A stretch of DNA of 64,000 bases from Paramoeba atlantica (Eukaryota > Protista > Discosea): the NCBI GenBank assembly GCA_977017575.1, contig CDRNVI010000012.1, positions 186,001 through 250,000 on the forward strand, given 5' to 3'. A program made the translations under genes and the position numbers. Every line of letters starts with the position of its first letter. Within the stretch, counting starts at the first letter, position 1. The notes below the pieces were generated by a model. The model saw only the letters and a program-made list of their open reading frames with translations, did no database searches and had not been told where the DNA came from. This document shows, piece after piece, positions 58,995 through 64,000 of this stretch.

Positions 58995-59549
58995 CTAACG
59001 TTTTTGTACTACAAAAGCAGTACTTGTGTGTACTTCTATTTTGAGGTTCAAAATGACATATGAGGTAAAAGCAGCTCCCGAATCTGAAGATTTTTCATGT
59101 CCAAAAGTGGAAGTATTAATCGACTTCTTTGTCACAATTTCCAGATTGTCCAAAGGAAAGGTTTCAATTTCGCAGAAAGAGCCGTTGTCTTGTGCTTTCT
59201 TCTTTGGAGGGGCTGTGCCTGTGTGAACTAACACATTAACGCTTGGTAATTCGATACAGTTCGGATATTTTGCGCGGTATGCGGGAGGAAGTCTACGGCA
59301 AACATGAGCAGCTGTACGCAACGCGATGGGAATTGTGCGCCCCACCGCTCGAATCTTCATGGATCGAACTCCCTTAATCAGCATAGAAATTATGTAGTCG
59401 GTGGCAGCATTGATACTAGTATTGGCACGAATATGCACCACACGAGGTCTTGGCACCGGAGCGACTGAAGATATAGAATAATTCCTATTTTCTTCGTTGT
59501 CAAACTGTTCGGACTGGACCTTGTTATCGAAGGATTGGAGCATTGACAT
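58995..59549 (-). CDS. Alba-domain RNA/DNA-binding protein
   Basis: VHIRA.TSI.....Y...L....MKIRAVGRTIPIAL..A....RR fits the Alba fold (LKAMGRAI pattern). Confidence 0.65.
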   Translation of the reverse strand: MSMLQSFDNKVQSEQFDNEENRNYSISSVAPVPRPRVVHIRANTSINAATDYIISMLIKGVRSMKIRAVGRTIPIALRTAAHVCRRLPPAYRAKYPNCIELPSVNVLVHTGTAPPKKKAQDNGSFCEIETFPLDNLEIVTKKSINTSTFGHEKSSDSGAAFTSYVILNLKIEVHTSTAFVVQKR

Positions 59550-59845
59550 ACATGTACTACCAAAATGTCATAGTTGATACACAATTGTAGTTTTAAACCG
59601 TGATTGAATGCCGAGTATAGAACAAAACAGCCTTTTAATTTTATTTTGAAAAAAGTTTTGAAAGGACACAACAGACATGAACTAACGAAAACAAAACGGG
59701 AGTGAATGCAGAAGAACACTTGTTTCATTAGTACTGAGATTTAGTATTTATTGACTTCACATGTATGAAAATAGAATTACAGCTCGTGCACATCGTATAC
59801 AATGCGTACGGAGCACAGCGCACTAGAGGCACACATCAGTACGCA

Positions 59846-60409
59846 TTAAGAATTACTCGAACGATCGTATAGCACTGTAAGCACATATGTAGAATTGTCT
59901 TTCCAATGCGTCTGTAAACTTTTTCTGTTTAAGCTGGAATTGTTGGGTAGTTTGATAGCGATAGTACGATACGGTTCACACGCTACGAGTAAATAAAGAA
60001 ATCGAGAATCCGGCGGTTGTTCTTTCTGCTGTTCGTACGCCGACATGACGCGATGTACGGGACGAGAAATAGGCTTAATCAAAGTAAAAGAAATCGTAAT
60101 GCAAACTGTACATTGCTCAGTCACCGGTTCAAAAAATTTCACAACTTTGCATTGCGGAGCAGGAGCATTGGAGTACTTAGGAGGCTTAGCGGCTTGACTC
60201 GACGTTCCTCGTTTAGCTGCTTGCATGCTTTGTAAAACGCGGCGTTGTTGTTCGGCAGTTTCTTCCATTTTTTTGGACCGATCAACGTTGGTCTTATGGC
60301 GCCGTCCTTCAACATGTATTAGGTAGTTTGCTTCAGAAGCATGCGTCGTGAGACACTTTTTACAGTGGTATGTCCCAGACGGACCCCTAGCCATGTATGG
60401 ATCAGTCAT
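59846..60409 (-). CDS. SF3A2: U2 snRNP splicing factor 3A subunit 2 (SF3a66/Prp11)
   Basis: DPY......CKKCLT.H..E.NYL.H..GRRH..N zinc finger and HRVMSAYEQ......D....YLLVACEPY.TIA.K.P. Confidence 0.93.
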   Translation of the reverse strand: MTDPYMARGPSGTYHCKKCLTTHASEANYLIHVEGRRHKTNVDRSKKMEETAEQQRRVLQSMQAAKRGTSSQAAKPPKYSNAPAPQCKVVKFFEPVTEQCTVCITISFTLIKPISRPVHRVMSAYEQQKEQPPDSRFLYLLVACEPYRTIAIKLPNNSSLNRKSLQTHWKDNSTYVLTVLYDRSSNS

Positions 60410-60790
60410 ATCAATTACATGTATATTAAACAAAATTTCCCTACAATAGCAGTAAAAAAATGTCGCTGGTTCCTAGCACTCGATGACAGACTGTGTAAGA
60501 AAAGAAAGCTTCAAACATATAAAAAACTTTTCTATACTGCCACTCATTAACAATTCTGGGAAAATATCAGATGAAGGTAAAAACCTAAGCATTCATAATT
60601 CTCAAGCATTCAATCGAAGCCAGCGATGCGATATTTCATCATAGAAGTACATGTTCAATATTGTTCCCTCATTATTTATCACATGCCAGTCCCGGGTTGT
60701 CATGTCAACATCTACATTTGTAGATCTATGTACAGTTGTGGATGTTGTTTTTCAATCGTTACCAAGTAATGTATCACTCTTTTCTTAATA

Positions 60791-61122
60791 CTGTACCCCC
60801 CCGTTTATAATAGCCTCGATTTTGCCCAAATGAACCTATAAAGGGGGGAGGGCGATGGAAGATTAAAAGTTGGCACCGAAATCGCCCTACATTTTATAGC
60901 GAGGATCAAATAATTATTCAATCGCTAAGTGTGCCCCGGCGATCTGCCAAAGTAAAATGTCCAGTACCACCCCGCGCCATACCTCGCAGAACTATGTGAA
61001 AATAAATATCAAAATCTTTAAGACGGTGCAAGAAAATTGAAAAAGTCTTCCTTGGTTTGCCAAAAAAAAGAACCTATAAAGGGGGGGAGGGGTCGAGGCT
61101 ATTATAAACAGAGGGGGTACAG
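60791..61122. mobile_element. 332-bp pogo-family MITE
   Basis: TA|CTGTACCCCCCCGTTTATAATAGCCTCGA ... TCGAGGCTATTATAAACAGAGGGGGTACAG|TA, with subterminal direct repeat AACCTATAAAGGGGGG. Confidence 0.88.
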
Positions 61123-62045
61123 TAATATTACGAAAAAATACATATTAAATACATGTTTCTTTCTTAAGTATTTTCCTCACCGTCTTTCGGCCAATTTTCG
61201 TGCGTCATGTCGGAATTACAGGGAAAAGGCCGTAGTTCATCATCTTAAGGTCATCCACTCTCTCGGGATACTTTTATGAAGAGGAAACGCATATTCACCG
61301 CCAATAAATCTTTTTCCAAATTTACACTACATGAAAGTCTTTCCGATAAGGGAAAAGGAGCGTAAAAAATGCGAAAAATGTTGGGGTGCAAAAAATACAA
61401 GAAACATCACACATGCCTCCGAGTACAATCGATGAAAGAATAGTATTCTTTAAGAATACAGTAATTGATGAATCAATAGTCTCAATATAGTTTAAGAAAC
61501 TATTTTCTGCGTACATTTTTTACGCAGCAATGTGCAACTGACCATTCTCTGAATTGTGACTTTTAATGTATCCAGACAACCAGCCTCTTGGGGAACAACA
61601 AGGAACTGCGAAACTATTCGCAGTAGCTTCGTAGCTTCGTCTGGCGCATCAGGAAGTCGCCCGAATGGAAAGGAGGCGGTTAGGTTAGAAATAACGTCTA
61701 TGCGAGTTCGTCGTATGCGACCGTCGCATATGATGTCATACTACACATACCTTATTGTACTTTATTTGTGTAGAATAAACTAATTCATCATTGTTTACTG
61801 CGCGCATGAAAATGTGTCATGAAGGAATTTAAAGGACTTCAATTGAGTACATTCTCAATCGACAGACTAGTTTCCCATGGAGTTGGAAGTATGAATTATC
61901 ACCAAAAACTTGATGTAGGGCTCTTTGTTCGCGCAGTGGGGGTGTATACAACAGTAGGTTGGACTCGTCATGTCAACTGGGATTGCAGAGCTAGCAAATT
62001 TTAAAGGGAAAATGAGATAGGAGTCCGTATGTAAGGATAAATCAC

Positions 62046-62666
62046 TTAACTCCTTTGAAACATAATTCTGTGCACAAGTGTATGAATCCATCTGTCTACA
62101 ATTTGTGTAGTACGATCAAGACATCGACGGGGCATGACGCAAAAATGAGAAAATGATCCGAAGCAGACTCCGAGCAGTGTACCTACGAATACTTGTGCGA
62201 CTGTGTGATGTGATGTATAAACCCTGGAAAATCCAAGCAAAGTTAGCACAAGTAAGCCACAGCAAGAAAAAATGTAAATAAATTCTTTTCGAAGCTGCAA
62301 TCTAGTTCGGTGGAGAGATATGTAAAGAAGAACACTAATTACAAAAGCACCCATAAATTGTGCGTGAGAACTCGGCATTCCATAACCTCTGTGTGTGCAG
62401 GTTGGGGCGTTCAAATCTGTCGGACGAATTTGAGCTAATGCCTGTTTGCAGATAATATTCAATAACTCGTTGAGTCCAAGTACTAGAATCAACCGCAAAC
62501 TCAGAAGTCGCATTTCATCAACTGAAGTCAGCGTCATGACACCAAGAGAGACGACAATAACCTGCGGAAGCAGGGAGAGCAGACCAAGAAAAAAACCTAG
62601 GGAATCATCCTCGTTGTACCACACGTGTGTGAAATAGAATGAACGAATTTTGATCGGTGCATTCAT
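62046..62666 (-). CDS. DOLPP1: Dolichyl pyrophosphate phosphatase (PAP2 family, Cax4/DOLPP1)
   Basis: THV.Y...D.LG..L.L.SL.P N-terminus, K....RP, GMPSSHAQF, SRVY...H...QV..G. Confidence 0.85.
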   Translation of the reverse strand: MNAPIKIRSFYFTHVWYNEDDSLGFFLGLLSLLPQVIVVSLGVMTLTSVDEMRLLSLRLILVLGLNELLNIICKQALAQIRPTDLNAPTCTHRGYGMPSSHAQFMGAFVISVLLYISLHRTRLQLRKEFIYIFSCCGLLVLTLLGFSRVYTSHHTVAQVFVGTLLGVCFGSFSHFCVMPRRCLDRTTQIVDRWIHTLVHRIMFQRS

Positions 62667-63019
62667 GAGAATTACTAAACTAATTCCGACTAAAAGGACT
62701 ATCGGCTAAACTAATTGTAGAACTAAGCAATGAGAATGTGTACACGAAAAAAATTGAAGAAGTATAAAAAACAAGATAACCAGGAGTTTGATCCGTAACT
62801 AGTGCGAAAACGCACAAAACCAACTTGAAAAGCGACAGCATACACGAAAACATGTTTAAGAAAATTTGGCATATTTATCGGCACGATTTCATTTCATAGC
62901 ATTGATTTTACTCCAAGACATATTTTTAAGAAAAAAGACCTGTTGCGTTGAATAAATATCTTCATATTGTAGAAACGGTCTTCCTGGCTTGCCTCCTCGC
63001 AGAGAAACACCTTTTACAA

Positions 63020-63973
63020 TCATTCATGTAGCGCCGTTGCGGCAAAGGAATTCCTAGCCATCTCCTTGGAGAATTCTATGAGGTGGTCACAATCTTCCTG
63101 CAATTGCCGCGAGAGCAACAAGCAGTTGTGTCTCGCCTCCCCTTCCTGCTCTTTTGTGAGCTCCCTAGATTTTCTACGCGACCACTTAAGATCCAAACAA
63201 TCGCCCAGACTGCGACTTAATTCCTCAATCGATCCCGTAAGATCGGTGTAACTACGTTTTAAATAAGCCGTTTGCTCACGCTCCGCTAACACTGAATTCC
63301 CGTCACAGCTCTCATACTGTATCGCATTCTCCCGCAGAAAAACCTGCGCCAGCAACGGCACATGCACACTATACGACACTTCCCGGTAAACCCCCTCCCC
63401 TTTCAACATCTCCTGCATCTCCGGACATTGCGGGGAAAAATCCCCCCGTCGACGCAACGCCTTATACGCCTTGCTCAGCTGCAACACCCGCAGCACACAC
63501 CCCCCTGCCATCGAGCGCCACGGGTCGTACACCACCAGCACGAAATTCGGACTCGAGAGCTCATACGCCCCCTGGGCGTCCAACACCTCCCGGGAGGTTG
63601 GGGCATCGGCTCCCCCGAGCCGGTACCACCCCACCACCTCACTGTCGTACTGGATCTTCCGCAACAGCTCCGCGAGAGTGGTCTGGTAACTTTGGCGCTC
63701 CTCTAGAAACTTCTTCGCCGCGAGCTCCCGCGCGGCCTCGCTGTCGAAATGGGAGCCGGTGTCTTTCTCCGGGGGCAGCCCGCTCTGGTGCGTCACCTCC
63801 AAGGTGTCCCCGAGCTGCAGGCCGAACAGGTAGCCCTCCTCGGAGACCCCCTCGTGGTCGGTTTGGATCAGGCTGGTGATGACTTTGAGGTCAAACACGA
63901 CGTGGGCGAGCGGGTCGGTGAGTACGGGGAGGGGGTAGGTGACTTCGGGCTTCGTGGTGGTGAGGTTGAACAT
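63020..63973 (-). CDS. eIF3h: Translation initiation factor 3 subunit h (MPN domain)
   Basis: GYLFGL..GDTLEVT...P, YQ......LR.I..D..VVGWY, LVVYDP......L..L.LS. Confidence 0.78.
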   Translation of the reverse strand: MFNLTTTKPEVTYPLPVLTDPLAHVVFDLKVITSLIQTDHEGVSEEGYLFGLQLGDTLEVTHQSGLPPEKDTGSHFDSEAARELAAKKFLEERQSYQTTLAELLRKIQYDSEVVGWYRLGGADAPTSREVLDAQGAYELSSPNFVLVVYDPWRSMAGGCVLRVLQLSKAYKALRRRGDFSPQCPEMQEMLKGEGVYREVSYSVHVPLLAQVFLRENAIQYESCDGNSVLAEREQTAYLKRSYTDLTGSIEELSRSLGDCLDLKWSRRKSRELTKEQEGEARHNCLLLSRQLQEDCDHLIEFSKEMARNSFAATALHE

Positions 63974-64000
63974 GGAGAAAAAAGGGAGGGGAGGGAAAGG

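Larger units (their letters stand above)
1..63973 (-). other. Single directional (polycistronic-type) gene cluster
   Basis: Every recognisable host CDS is on the minus strand, intron-less and closely spaced. The only convincing plus-strand ORFs lie inside mobile elements. This is typical kinetoplastid organisation. Confidence 0.85.

Noticed and set aside
60567-60642. Box C/D snoRNA candidate (ATGATGA...CTGA, minus strand; similar pair at 58452-58558)
   Set aside because: No rRNA-complementary guide could be identified, and such box pairs are expected by chance in this much AT-rich intergenic DNA.
61756-61766. TGTACTTTATT SL-like 11-mer
   Set aside because: AT-rich context, no following insert or TSD, and it does not match the local SL variant. 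Likely chance.

Overview
Eukaryotic, intron-less, gene-dense kinetoplastid (Euglenozoa) DNA. Evidence: a clear KMP-11 gene, spliced-leader (SL) exon fragments, and all ~33 host genes on the minus strand as one directional (polycistronic-type) cluster. Short intergenic regions, fast-evolving proteins and a repeated LRR family suggest a Perkinsela-like prokinetoplastid; this is inference and was not checked. Recognisable host genes include DED1/DDX3, a Snf2-like ATPase, PEX13-like, ERK7/8 MAPK, SRPK, UTP21, LSm7, GPN1, a short TYW1, RPC40, RPN8, QCR7, mL40, SLC52-like, PCID2-like, Alba, SF3A2, DOLPP1 and eIF3h. The accessory DNA is the interesting part. (1) Three ~0.5 kb non-coding, hairpin-rich short retroposons. 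Two begin with the 3' part of the SL exon, with homology stopping exactly at the exon end. One has an 11-bp target-site duplication and a (CAT)n tail, and two interrupt LRR genes. (2) A decayed CRE/SLACS-like non-LTR retrotransposon 5' half with a C2H2 finger and a 2A-like GCIEANPGP motif. (3) Two class II transposon families, which trypanosomatids are generally reported to lack: an IS5/PIF-Harbinger-like element carrying an orphan second ORF plus a deletion derivative, and a pogo-like family with MITEs. No rRNA, tRNA or CRISPR array was found. All assignments come from motif recognition by eye, without database searches.
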